A DNA stretch of 64,000 nt, from assembly GCF_964204645.1 (NCBI RefSeq), contig NC_134026.1:14790150-14854149 (forward strand). The letters are read 5' to 3'. The translations under genes were made by a program, and so were the position numbers. The stretch is from Tubulanus polymorphus. Its lineage: Eukaryota; Animalia; Nemertea. Shown piece after piece: positions 13,390-25,074 of this stretch (position 1 is its first letter; each line of letters opens with the position of its first letter). The notes under the pieces were generated by a model that saw only the letters and a list, made by a program, of their open reading frames with translations, searched no databases and was not told the origin of the DNA.

Positions 13390-14840
13390 TTATTTATTTT
13401 TTATCATATTCACTAACCCAAAAATAATTGCACTTACAACTGTAATTAAAAATAAAATAATATGTTCAGCAGCAAAGTTAAGAATATTCCCTGCAGATTT
13501 CAATATAAAACCAACAATTGATGCAATAACTCCGGGTAAAGCTGCAGCAGATTTTTTAGATAGTTCCCATAAATATTTTGCTAATTTCTTTAAACCATCT
13601 TTAACTTTATCTTGTATAGAATTATTATCATTTGGCGGTTTATCTGGTTTATTAGGATTTAGCGTAGATTTCAGTGAATTTGATATAGCTAAACCAATTG
13701 TTGTAAATACCATAGTTACAGCTGTTAGAATTGAAAGAATTGTTATACCTTCTAACTTAAATAATAATTTTATTCTATCTTTCAATGATATTTTAGAATC
13801 TGGTTTAATCAACAAATCTTTAAGAATAACTTTTAATCTATTAATATTATAATCATGTGATTTTAATAATAATTTAATTTTTTCTTTCTGAAATTCTATG
13901 TTATATTCTAAATCATCTTTTTCTTTTTCTAAATATGCATTTGTTTTTTTAAATTCGATTTCTTCAATAACTTTATTATCTCTATCTAATTTTAGTTGTT
14001 CTATTTCTTTAATTTTATCAGTTCTATCTTTTTCTAACGTTCTAATTTTAAAATCTCTTATACTTTTATCATGTGCAATTTTATCAGATGCAAGTCTTAT
14101 ACTAATAATTTCTCTTATTGCTTTATCAGAAAATATATTTAAATCTTCTAATTCTGGATCTGTTGCATCAAGTAATCCATTTGGTAAAAGTTTTTCAATT
14201 GGTACTTTATTTGATTTTAGTTTACTAGTTTTGGAAGTTATATTCTGTTCAGAAGTTCTTTCTGTTTCTAAATTATTTTTGATTGTTTCAAATAAATCAT
14301 TAATTCTTTGTTTAAATACTCTTTTATTTTGATTTATTTCTTCTTGTGTTACATTTTCTATTTCATTACTATTACTTATTCTTTTAATTCTATCTGGTTC
14401 TAATTTTTCCAAAGTTGATTCTGCTAATATTTTGTTTTGATTTTTATAAGAGATATCAATATAATAATTATCTTTCAAATGATAATAATATTCACCATCT
14501 AAAGATTTTAATTCTTGTACTAAAAGTCTGGCGCCTCTATCATTTATATTATACCCAGATCTTTCAAATACAGGTTTGAATCTATAAATATATTCATTAT
14601 ATTCTAATCTTTTTTTACTAAATCTGGATTTTCATTTTCAGGATTTATTCTCGATTAAGTTCTATCAAATTCATCTGTTGATTGGCCTTTAGAACCACTA
14701 TCTGCTAAATTAGAATTATATGCTGATTCATCATCATTATCAATATTAGTTTCTGCATCATTATAATCATCATCAATATATCCTTCATTATTATTTCCCA
14801 TTTCTCCCATTTCATAATCATCTCCACCTTCTACATCCAT
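13390..14840 (-). pseudogene. Acidic/coiled-coil membrane protein, variant copy (frameshift near 14600)
   Basis: Paralog of 25075-26680; C-terminal hydrophobic helices. Confidence 0.75.
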
Positions 14841-14856
14841 TTACATAATAAAAAAA

Positions 14857-16315
14857 TTAATATTTAAAATATAATATTCCTCCAATTACAATTCCTATAC
14901 AAGTTATAGCTAATTTAGCATTTTCATGGGATTTATTGTCATCATTTAGTTTAATTATTTCATGTTGAATATTATCAGTTTCATTATTCCTGAAGATGAC
15001 TATTAGGATATAGTCGAAACGTTGAAATAAACTACTATCTCGAAGTTTCATTTTCGGACTTTTTATTATCATTGTGGGATTCTCTCCTCATCGCGTCAAC
15101 ACGGATATAGTGTTCTACCAATCGTGATTATCAGTTTTAATATTTTCTGATGTATTGTAATCTTTTATTTTAGAATCATTATTTAATTTAATATTCTTAG
15201 ATTTAGTTTCTGTTGATTGAATATGTTTTTTATTTTTTTCACCTTCCATTAATTTTGGAGCAGTAATAATCTTTTTATTTATATCATTTAATCCAAATGA
15301 ATTATTTATTGTTGCAGTCTTAATTAAATTATTATAACCCATCATTATTTCCCATCTTTAATACTAAATCATTAGAAATAATTAATAGATTAGGGCCTAT
15401 ACAATAATTTAATCTAATATGTGATTTATCTAAATAATTTTGATATCTTACAATGTTTTCTGGAATCGATCTATTTTTATCATTATGAATAGAATCTTCA
15501 AATAAAACTTTGAATCGTTTCTGCGCATCAAATGAAGTGTTATCATTTCCAACTATTGGTGATCTTGTTTCAACTTGCGCACCTAGAATACATATCAAAT
15601 AAGTTCTAATAGATTGATTTATTCTTTGTATACCTGTTATCGTAAAACCTTCACTTTTTTCTAAAATGAAATTAATCCAACCATTATTATTATCAATTTT
15701 ATAATTATGATAAGCTGAAATTCTATGCATATAATCAATTCTTTTTATTTCATACTCTTCACCAATACCTTGCAATTTACCATGCGCTCTAAAATCGGAA
15801 TTAATATTTATATTAAATTCATTACATATTTTATAAAACTTAGATAGATTAATATTATTATCCAATTCTTTAAAATATTTAGATCCGGGCAAAGGACATT
15901 CTAATTCATTTGATATTACTCTGATTTGAAAATATGTGTGAAATCTAAATATTGTGTGAATCAATTTTAAATCAGAATACTTCAAATTTTTATCTAAGTT
16001 ATTCAAATGATCATTCCAACTTATACCACAACCAGTTGTTGCACAATAAACAGCAAAATTTAATTGGTTCTGCCAATATTTCATATTAGATTTTACTTTA
16101 TATATATGATATTCATCTCGAGTAAAAGTAACTTCATATGTATTAAATATATTTTCCATTTTAGAAATAAAAAACTGTGATTCAGTAACATAAATTTCTA
16201 AATTAGTTAATGAATTTAAAACTAAATTTTTATATGTAATATTTTTTTTAAAATCTATTGCAGGAATATTATATTTAATTGATTTATTATATTGGAAAGC
16301 TTTTGGAAACCCCAT
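14857..16315 (-). pseudogene. Conserved Maverick protein with a C-terminal TM helix, variant copy
   Basis: Paralog of 23670-25058 (YWQNQLNFAVYCATTGCG); frameshifted and carrying a 145-bp insertion. Confidence 0.75.
14982..15126 (+). mobile_element. 145-bp Penelope pLTR-like insertion containing a hammerhead ribozyme motif
   Basis: Absent from the paralogous copy; flanked by an 11-bp duplication ATTATCAGTTT; CTGAAGA-T-GACTAT/ATAGTC-GAAAC core. Confidence 0.8.
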
Positions 16316-16331
16316 TTATATAATTAAAAAA

Positions 16332-16570
16332 TTAATAATTTATTAATTCTTTAAATAATTTATCTTGTTCTTCAACTGTTATATGACCATTTAAACTTAT
16401 TATATGATCTAGTGTATTTTTTAATTTATTAATTTCTTTTATATTAGTTTTAATGTTTTTTTTATTACTTTTTATATTTAATTTTGAACTTATGCCAGTT
16501 AAAACACTTGAACTTAAACCTAATACACCGATTGATATAGCTAAAGGTGTTAATGAACTGAATATAACTA
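16332..16570 (-). pseudogene. C-terminal fragment of the 144-aa membrane protein (inverted duplicate)
   Basis: Matches the 3' part of 23219-23653 (TPLAISIG..LGLSSSVLTGISSKLN). Confidence 0.7.
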
Positions 16571-16586
16571 TAACTATACTATACTA

Positions 16587-16757
16587 CTCGCGAAACTCAT
16601 AAAAATGAAAAATAAATTCTCACACGCTCGAATTTATTTTTCATTTTTATGAGTTTCACTCCTAATTCAAGTAGAAAATGTTATTATTTTCATGTTTTTC
16701 ATTTTTACTCACCCGCCCATTCAACCTTTAACCTGAAAGCCTATTACCCCTATTACT
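16587..16757 (+). repeat. Internal partial Maverick terminus with an extra apical hairpin
   Basis: Inner arm of the terminal palindrome (ACTCCTAATTCAA...CCTATTACT) preceded by a ~28-bp-stem hairpin at 16592-16657. Confidence 0.8.
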
Positions 16758-16962
16758 CTTAAAATAATCATATACATGAATAACATTTAAATTGACAGAT
16801 TATTCAATATAAAAGTATATATTTACAACATTATTTCAATATTTATATTTGTATGAGTTAGATTTTTAAACATTAAAAGTGTTAGTAAAGTGTGATTGAA
16901 ATAATTCATATATAAATCATTGAACTTCTAAAATCAATTTTAATAAAAAATTTAGTATTAAA

Positions 16963-19900
16963 ATGGAAGCAAATAAGTACTACTGCCCAACATGTAATAT
17001 CAATATAGATAAATCCCAAAAAGAAAGACACAATAAAACTAAAACACATTTAGAGAATAAATTGAAATTAGAATATGAAGATGGTATATTAGAAACTAAA
17101 TTAGATGAATTAAAGAATGAAAAAGAAATATATAAATGTGATACATGTAATCAATCATTCAGTGATAAAAGATATTATAAAGAACATTTAAAATCTAACA
17201 GTCATATTAGAAATAAGAATAATGATATTTTAGGTGAAGATTATTTTGATAAAGATAATGATAAGAAACAGAAGACAATTAAAAGCATAAAAAATAAATT
17301 AAACAATAAAAGACCATACATGGAAGATGTAAGAAATTATATTAATTCATTAGATAATAAAAAAGATATAGAGATAACCGAAGCATTTAAAAGTGATTTT
17401 GGTCCAGCAGCTATTGAGTTTAAATTTCATAAAGGAAAAACATTAGAAGAAAATAAAAAACATTTAGAAAATATGAAAAATATTATAAAAATAATAACTA
17501 ATGTTGAATATCCTAAAATTAGTATATCTTCTAAAGTAAAGTTTATAAAATCTGAAGATAAACCAATATATAATATAAATTCTCATTCACAACATATTAT
17601 ATCTAAACAACATATAGATGATAAATTAGATAAATGTTATAATGAAGTAAAAACTAAAATAGAAGAGAAATATTTTGAAGGATCAGGTTTAATATTTGAT
17701 GAAATAATATTTATGACTTTACATGTCTATAACACAAAATATAATGAGGAAACTAAATCGAAACCAATAGATGAAAATAATGTATCATATCATAAAGAAC
17801 CAGATATTTAAGCATCGAGTTATATTAAACTACCATTTAAAACTAATGCTGTTATAAATGTACAAAATTTTGATGATAAATGATTTTTATGGGCAATAAT
17901 TAGTTGCTTACATGCTGCAACTGATAATATTTGTAGATTAACTCATTATAAACCATTTGAAAATAATTATAAGATAGATAATTATCCTGTTAGAATTAAA
18001 AATATTCCAAAAATAGAAAGAGATAATAATTTAAAAATAAATGTATTTGATTTAATCAAATTGCCAAAAACAAAAGGTAACAATATAAAACATTATACAT
18101 AAGAACCTTTATACCTTTAAGATTATGATTCAAATGATGTTATAGATATATTATAGTATGAGAATCATTATATGTGGATTAAACAAATCGATTTATGCTT
18201 TAGAACAGAAAGTGATCACCATAATAAAATATATCTATGTAGAAAATGTTCACATAAATTCAGTAATGAAAGTACATTATTAAATCATAAACAATTATGT
18301 GAAAATCATGATTATTGTAAATTAGTTTTACCAAATGAAAAGGATAAAATATTAGAATTCAAAAAATATGATTACAAAAATAAAGTACCATTTGTAATAT
18401 ATGGGGATTTTGAATCATTAAATAAAGAATTAACTGATCAAGATAGAAAAGAAATATATTATAAAAGAAAGAAATTAAATTCTAATGAAAATGATATAAT
18501 TGATTATTCAGATCCCCTTATAACAACTACTATTAAAAAGATTCATCAATCAGCTGCAGCTTTCGGATTATATATTAAATCTGATTATCCAGAACTAATT
18601 AAAAGTGAATATTATCATTATAGAAATTAAAATGTTATCAATCATTTTTGTGACTTATTAATTGAATATGAAATAAGATTTAGTAAATTATTGAATACAA
18701 ATATAGAAATTATAATGACAGAAGAAGATAAGAAGCATTTGAGTTTGCAGATAAATGTTATTATTGTGAAAAGATATTTAATTATGAAGATAAAAAAAGT
18801 AAAAGACCACGATCATTTGAATGGAAAGTTTAGAGGTGCAGCGCATGAGAATTGTAATTTGCAAGCAAAGAAAATAAATTTTGTTCCAGTTATATTTCAT
18901 AATCTATCAGGATATGATGCACATTTACTCATCAAACAGTTATGCCATAAAATAGAAGAAATTAATAATGAAATAGAAAGATTAAATTCAAATAGATCAA
19001 AAGATAAAATACCAACTTATAAATTTAAAATGTTAGCTAGAACATCTGAGAATTATATATCATTCCAATTTGGGTGTCTAAGATTTATAGATTCATATAG
19101 ATTTTTAAACAGTTCATTAGATAACTTATCAAAATCATTAGTTGATGATGAATTAAAAATATTAAAACAACACTATCCAAATAATGATAATTTTAAATTA
19201 ATGAGATATAAAGGCGCAATTCCATATTCATTTTATAAATCACATAATGATTTTAATATAACTGAATTATTAAAAGAACAATTTTATGATGAATTAAAAA
19301 ATGAATATGTTAAAGATGAAGTATATAATAGAACATTGAATATTTGGAATCCTTTTGTAATGAAAAATCATGGACAATTAGTAGATTTATATTTAAAATC
19401 AGATGTATTATTATTAACTGATATATCCGAAAGATTTAGAGATGTAAACCTAAAATATTTGAATGTTGATCCATGTCATTGTTATTCATCACCAGGATTA
19501 ACTTGGGATTGTGGATTAAAATTTACAGATATAAAAATGGATTTGTTAACAAATATAGATCAATAACTATTATTTGAAAAATCTATAAGAGGAGGAGTTT
19601 CAGGTGTATTAGGTGATAGACATTTCAATGTAAATGATAACCCTGGATATAAGTTATTATATATAGATGCAAATAATTTGTATGGATGGGCAATGATGGA
19701 ACCACAACCTTATGGAGTATTTGAAATAAGTGAAGTTTTACAACATGAAAATTATGATAAATTTGATTGGAAGAAAAGAATCCTAGATATTGCAGATGAT
19801 TCAGATACTGGTTACTTCTTTGTTGTAGATTTAGAATATCCTGAACATATTAAATTTAAAACTAGAAATCTAGCATACTGTCCAGAAAATAAAACTGTTA

Positions 19901-20980
19901 CTCATGAAGAATTATCAAATTATCAAAAAAGAATTAAACCCGAAAATCTTATTCATACAGAAAAGTTAATGGTAACTCAAGAAGATAAATATAATTATGT
20001 AGTACATTATAAAATGTTAAAGTTTTATTTGAATCAAGGAATGATTCTAAAAAAAGTACATAGATATATTTCATTTAGTCAATCTAAGTGGTTAGAAATA
20101 TATAGATTTTAACACCAAACAGAGAACTAAAGCTAAAACTGATTTCGAGAAAGATTTCTTCAAGTTAATGAATAATGCATTCTATGGTAAGACTTGTGAA
20201 AATATTAGAAATAGAAATGATATTGAGTTAGTTAGTAATGGCAAAAGGATAAGGCATTTACAAACATATCCTAAATTTATAGGTAACAGAATATTTGATG
20301 AAAATTTAGCTGCAGTTAAGATGAGAAGAACATCAATGAAATTTAATAAACCAATCTATGTTGGCGCTTCAGTTTTAGAATTATCAAAATTACTAATGTA
20401 TGGATTCTATTATAATGTATTACAACCACTTTTTGGAGAAAAACATATAGAAATATTATATTTTGATACCGATTCTTACATATTAAAGATAAAAACTGAT
20501 AACATAACAGATGATTTAAAAACATTAAAACATCATTTTGATTTCAGTAACTATCCTAAAGATCATGAATTGTTTAGCAATGATAATAAAAAAGTTCCCG
20601 GTAAATTCAAAGATGAATTAGGTGGTGAAGAAATGATAGAGTTCATAGGTATTAGATCTAAAATGTATTCATATAAAACTAAAGAACATGAAGCTAAAAA
20701 GTTAAAAGGAATAACCAAAAGTGTAGTAGAAAAGAATATTCATTTCAAAGATTACATCAATTGTATATTCAATGAAGAAGTTAGAAAACATAAGATGAGA
20801 TGTTTAAGATCTGAAGATCATGAAATGTTTATTGAAGAAATTGAAAAGATAAGTCTAAACCCATTTGATGATAAAAGATATATTTTAGATGATGGAATTC
20901 ATACAGTTGCTTATGGTTGTAATTTAGATGAATACTTAAAATTTAAAAGAGAAGAAACAAAAGAGAACGAAAAGAGATAA
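16963..20980 (+). pseudogene. Protein-primed family B DNA polymerase (pPolB) with N-terminal zinc fingers; several stops and frameshifts
   Basis: YGDFES, DHDHLNGKFRGAAH, FHNLSGYDAH, DLYLKSDVLLL, SIRGG, YIDANNLYGWAM, KLMNNAFYGK, YFDTDS, KKLKGI and DDKRY motifs. Confidence 0.96.
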
Positions 20981-21032
20981 TGAAAAGAATTCTAACGTGT
21001 TAATCAAATTTTAATAAAAATATGTTATTAAA

Positions 21033-21386
21033 ATGGAGAGTAAACAAGCGCACAGTGAGAACAACAAATCATTTCTAGATAGAATAAAAGATACTACAAA
21101 TGTAAAATCTGTAGATTATAAATTCAAAAAGTTAACAGAATTAGCAATCCATAAGAAATATCTAATTACAAATATTGATACAGTTGCTAACAAATATGGA
21201 GATAAATTAGTTATACACTTAGAATATGAAGGATTAAAAGGAAATACACATAAATTCAGAACATATTTACCGGATAGATTTCATAGATTATCAAGTGAAG
21301 ACTTAGAAGAATTATGTTCTGGAGATTTCTATTTCGTATACAAAGGTAAGAATGAAAAAGGGCACCATGAAATAGATTTCGAATGA
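21033..21386 (+). CDS. Maverick hypothetical protein, 117 aa (possible replication accessory or ssDNA-binding)
   Basis: Intact ORF directly after pPolB with the same upstream motif; pattern suggests beta-rich; function inferred only. Confidence 0.7.
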   Translation: MESKQAHSENNKSFLDRIKDTTNVKSVDYKFKKLTELAIHKKYLITNIDTVANKYGDKLVIHLEYEGLKGNTHKFRTYLPDRFHRLSSEDLEELCSGDFYFVYKGKNEKGHHEIDFE

Positions 21387-21403
21387 GAAAATATGTAAAA
21401 TAA

Positions 21404-22162
21404 ATGGTAGAATTAAAAGAATATAGAATATTTGTAGATTCTAGAAAACTTACAAATTATAAATCACATAATTTATTAGTACAATTAGATAGAGAATTCA
21501 AAAATTGTGTTGATTTAAAATTAGTTAATATAAGTTTATGTAATTCTTTTTATAATATAACGGATAAAACTATTGAAGATAATACTTTTTTAATTCATAT
21601 TGGAAATATAGATAAATGGTTTCATATAATTTTAAAACCAGGATTATATAATTTAGAAACATTAGCTCAAGAAATTAATCGAAGAGCACGGTTGAAAATT
21701 AGAAGAGATGATAAATTTTTAATTAGATTTATAAAAAGTGATAGCACAAATAAAATTAAAATAAAGGTATATGATGAAAGTCAACATGCATTTATGGTAA
21801 AAAACCCATTAGCTAAATTGCTAGGAATTGCACCAGATACTGTTACAGGAAACATAGATGGTAATTCAAATATAATACCTTTTACACACTTTTATATTTA
21901 TTGCAATTTAATCGAGCCTACAAAAACATTCGAAGCAACTAAAGAAACAATTTGTAATTCTAGTATAGTAAATATTTTACCGCTGAAAAATGTTAAACAA
22001 TTTGGAACGCAAATAAATTATAATTTAACAGAATGTGATTTTAAACCTTGCATTCCTAAATTTAATAATTTTAAATTAGAAATAAGAAATCACAATGGTT
22101 ATTTAATTGATTTGAATAACTTTCCTGTAATTTATGAATTAGTTGTAAGATGTAAAGAGTAA
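21404..22162 (+). CDS. Minor capsid protein (penton, single jelly roll)
   Basis: Polinton penton pattern: IFVDSR..., NSFYNIT, PGLYNLETLAQEIN, LLG, YIYCNLIE, LEIRNHNGYLIDLNNFPV. Confidence 0.82.
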   Translation: MVELKEYRIFVDSRKLTNYKSHNLLVQLDREFKNCVDLKLVNISLCNSFYNITDKTIEDNTFLIHIGNIDKWFHIILKPGLYNLETLAQEINRRARLKIRRDDKFLIRFIKSDSTNKIKIKVYDESQHAFMVKNPLAKLLGIAPDTVTGNIDGNSNIIPFTHFYIYCNLIEPTKTFEATKETICNSSIVNILPLKNVKQFGTQINYNLTECDFKPCIPKFNNFKLEIRNHNGYLIDLNNFPVIYELVVRCKE

Positions 22163-22178
22163 TTTTTCACCTATATAA

Positions 22179-22529
22179 ATGAATATAACTGTTGGACCGA
22201 GTATATGTTTTGGGTTTGATTTTAAACATAAGAAAGAAATGAAATTTAACGTTAATGATGTAATTACACATATTAAAAATATTGCATTTTCTAATGAAAC
22301 AACATTTGAGTATGAAACAACAATAGATAAAGAAACTTTTAATGTAGAAAAGATTACTAATTTAATTAGAGAATCTTTAAGATTTTATGAATTAGATGAA
22401 GATTTTATCATCGATGAAAAAATAATAATTGAAATATATACAAATGAAACTAGTAATGAAATAAATGTTGAAATAATCATAAATAAGATAACTAAATATT
22501 TTGATGATAGTAATTTTTTTGATAAATAA
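22179..22529 (+). CDS. Maverick hypothetical protein, 116 aa
   Basis: Intact ORF in a tightly packed gene array; TAAATG start. Confidence 0.7.
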   Translation: MNITVGPSICFGFDFKHKKEMKFNVNDVITHIKNIAFSNETTFEYETTIDKETFNVEKITNLIRESLRFYELDEDFIIDEKIIIEIYTNETSNEINVEIIINKITKYFDDSNFFDK

Positions 22530-22751
22530 ATGAGTGATAATAAGTGGATAATAACTGGATTATATAATGGCGCATTACTATCAGTTGGAACTGTTGGTTA
22601 TTCAATGGTATTAAAAAAAGTATTCAAAATGGGAAGTGTTAATGTTGATAGATTTGATATAAATGATATTTTAAAATTAACGTTAGCAGTAACTTTATCT
22701 AATTTAACTATTGATTATTTAGAAAAACAAAAATATATTCCTCCCATATAA
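22530..22751 (+). CDS. Small predicted membrane protein, 73 aa
   Basis: Two hydrophobic segments; TAAATG start. Confidence 0.72.
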   Translation: MSDNKWIITGLYNGALLSVGTVGYSMVLKKVFKMGSVNVDRFDINDILKLTLAVTLSNLTIDYLEKQKYIPPI

Positions 22752-22775
22752 ATACATAATTTTTTTGCTAAATAA

Positions 22776-23198
22776 ATGGCTTCTGCAATTATAACTATTA
22801 TAGGATCGGCAATTGTTAACGCTTTAGCATTTACTGGTGGTGGTTATTTATTTAAACATATTGATAAAAATAGTTCATTAGGAGAACAAAGAAGACATAA
22901 CTTAGCGTTAGAGAAATATAATAAAGCTGCAGAAGAATATAGAGAAAAGAGGCAAAACTATATGGATTATATTAACAAAGAATTATATGATCAGAAGATT
23001 TCACATAGAGATTTTCAATCAGTTGATGATGCAATGAGTTTATATAACGCGGTAACCAATAAAGAAAAACAACATCTATACAAACCTAAATTATCAGATT
23101 ATTATACCCCAAGTAATGAACAGAAGAAATATGAAATAATATGGATTTTAGGTGGAACAGTTATTGTTATATTTGTTGCTTATAAGTTTACTAATTAG
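22776..23198 (+). CDS. Predicted membrane protein, 140 aa
   Basis: Hydrophobic N-terminus (MASAIITIIGSAIVNALAFTGGG), central coiled coil, C-terminal TM (IIWILGGTVIVIFVAY). Confidence 0.78.
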   Translation: MASAIITIIGSAIVNALAFTGGGYLFKHIDKNSSLGEQRRHNLALEKYNKAAEEYREKRQNYMDYINKELYDQKISHRDFQSVDDAMSLYNAVTNKEKQHLYKPKLSDYYTPSNEQKKYEIIWILGGTVIVIFVAYKFTN

Positions 23199-23218
23199 TA
23201 ATTTTTTTTGCTAAATAA

Positions 23219-23653
23219 ATGGATGATAAAGTTGATAATATTGATATCATTCCTCATGATATAAATAAAACTAAATTAAAAACATATTTAGAAAAACAAA
23301 TATTAGAATTTGAAAGTGACTTAAAAGTTAAAAAGAAAAAATATCTAAAAAGTAAAATTATATATTATTTGATTATTAGTGGTTCGGTTACAATTAGTTC
23401 TGTAATAACATTTCTAGCAATATTCAGTCCATTAACACCTTTAGCTATATCAATTGGTAAGTTAGGATTAAGTTCAAGTGTTTTAACTGGTATAAGTTCA
23501 AAATTAAATATAAAAAGTAATAAAGAAAAAATCAAAACTGATATAAAAGAAATTAATAAATTAAAGAATACACTAGATTATATCATAAGTTTAAATGGTC
23601 ATATAACAGTTGAGAAACAAGATAAATTATTAAAAGAATTAATAAATTATTAA
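23219..23653 (+). CDS. Predicted membrane protein, 144 aa
   Basis: Coiled coil, long hydrophobic hairpin, coiled coil. Confidence 0.75.
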   Translation: MDDKVDNIDIIPHDINKTKLKTYLEKQILEFESDLKVKKKKYLKSKIIYYLIISGSVTISSVITFLAIFSPLTPLAISIGKLGLSSSVLTGISSKLNIKSNKEKIKTDIKEINKLKNTLDYIISLNGHITVEKQDKLLKELINY

Positions 23654-23669
23654 TTTTTTAATTATATAA

Positions 23670-25058
23670 ATGGTAGATAGTTTTCCAAAAGCTTTCCAAT
23701 ATAATAAATCAATTAAATATAATATTCCAGCAATAGATTTTAATAAAGATATTACATATAGAAATGAAGTTTTAGATTCATTAACTAATTTAGAAATTTA
23801 TGTTACTGAAACTAATAATTTTAATGCAAAGATGGAAAATATATTTCATGTATATTTAATTAATTTTAAAAAATTGAAAGATGAAAAACAATGGTTATTA
23901 AAATCTAATATGAAGTATTGGCAGAACCAATTAAATTTTGCTGTTTATTGTTCAACAACAGGATGTGGAATAAGTTGGAATGATCATTTGAATAATTCTA
24001 AATATAAATTAATTCAAAGTTTATTTAGATTTCATACATACTTTCAAATCAGAATAATATTAAATGAATTAGAGTGTGCTTTACCAGGATCAAGATATTT
24101 TAAAGAATTAGATAATAATATTAATTTATCAAAGTTTTATAAAATTTGCAATGAATTTAATATAGATATAAATAATTCTGATTTTAGAACAAAAATTGGA
24201 ACAATAAGATCACTTCCTTGCCCTAAAAAGATTGAAGAATATTGTGCACTTCCCATACCATCTAATAGCTTTTATAATATCTATAATAATAAATAAGGTT
24301 ATGGTAAAATAGAAACAAAGGATTTAGAAACATTAAATTTCAATAAATTACCGAAATTTTATGATCATTTAAAACAAGAAAACAATAATGGTTGGGTTTA
24401 TTTCATTTTAGAAAATAGTGAAGGTTTTACTAAATCAGGTATAGAAAGAATAAATCAATCAATTAGAACTTATTTGATTTGTATTCTAGGATCACAAGTT
24501 GAAACAAGATCACCGATAATTGGAAATTTGAATACATCATTCGATACACAAAAACAATTTAAAGTTTTATTTGAAGATTCCATACATAATGATAAAAATA
24601 GATCGATTCCAGAAAACATTAAAAGATATCAAAATTATTTAGATAAATCTCATGTAAGACTAAATTATTGTATAGGCCCTAATCTATTAATTATTTCTAA
24701 TGATTTAGTATTAAAGATGGGAAATATAATTGGTTATAATAATCTAATTAAAACTGCAACAATAAATAATTCATTTGGATTGAATGATATAAATAAAAAG
24801 ATTATCACTGCTCCAAAATTAATGGAAGGTGTAAAAAATAAAAAACACATTCAATCAACTGAAACTAAAACTAAGAATATTAAATTGCATAACGATTCTA
24901 AAATAAAAGATTATAATACATCAGAAAATAATAGAACTGATATTATTCAACATGATATAATTAAACTAAATGATGATAATAAATCCCATGAAAATACTAA
25001 ATTAGCTATAACTTGTATAGGAATTGTAATCGGAGGAATATTATATTTTAAATTTTAA
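23670..25058 (+). pseudogene. Conserved Maverick protein with a C-terminal TM anchor, interrupted near 24296
   Basis: ORFs 23670-24296 and 24474-25058 are colinear with paralog 14857-16315; ends LAITCIGIVIGGILYFKF. Confidence 0.75.
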
Positions 25059-25074
25059 TTTTTGTATTATGTAA

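Noticed and set aside
13334-14332. Plus-strand ORFs of 172 and 144 aa (also 25764-26670 minus and 28592-28957 minus)
   Set aside because: Antisense shadows of real Maverick genes; they lack the TAAATG start
16963-20980. Alternative genetic code or programmed readthrough in pPolB
   Set aside because: The stops and frameshifts differ between the two copies, which indicates decay
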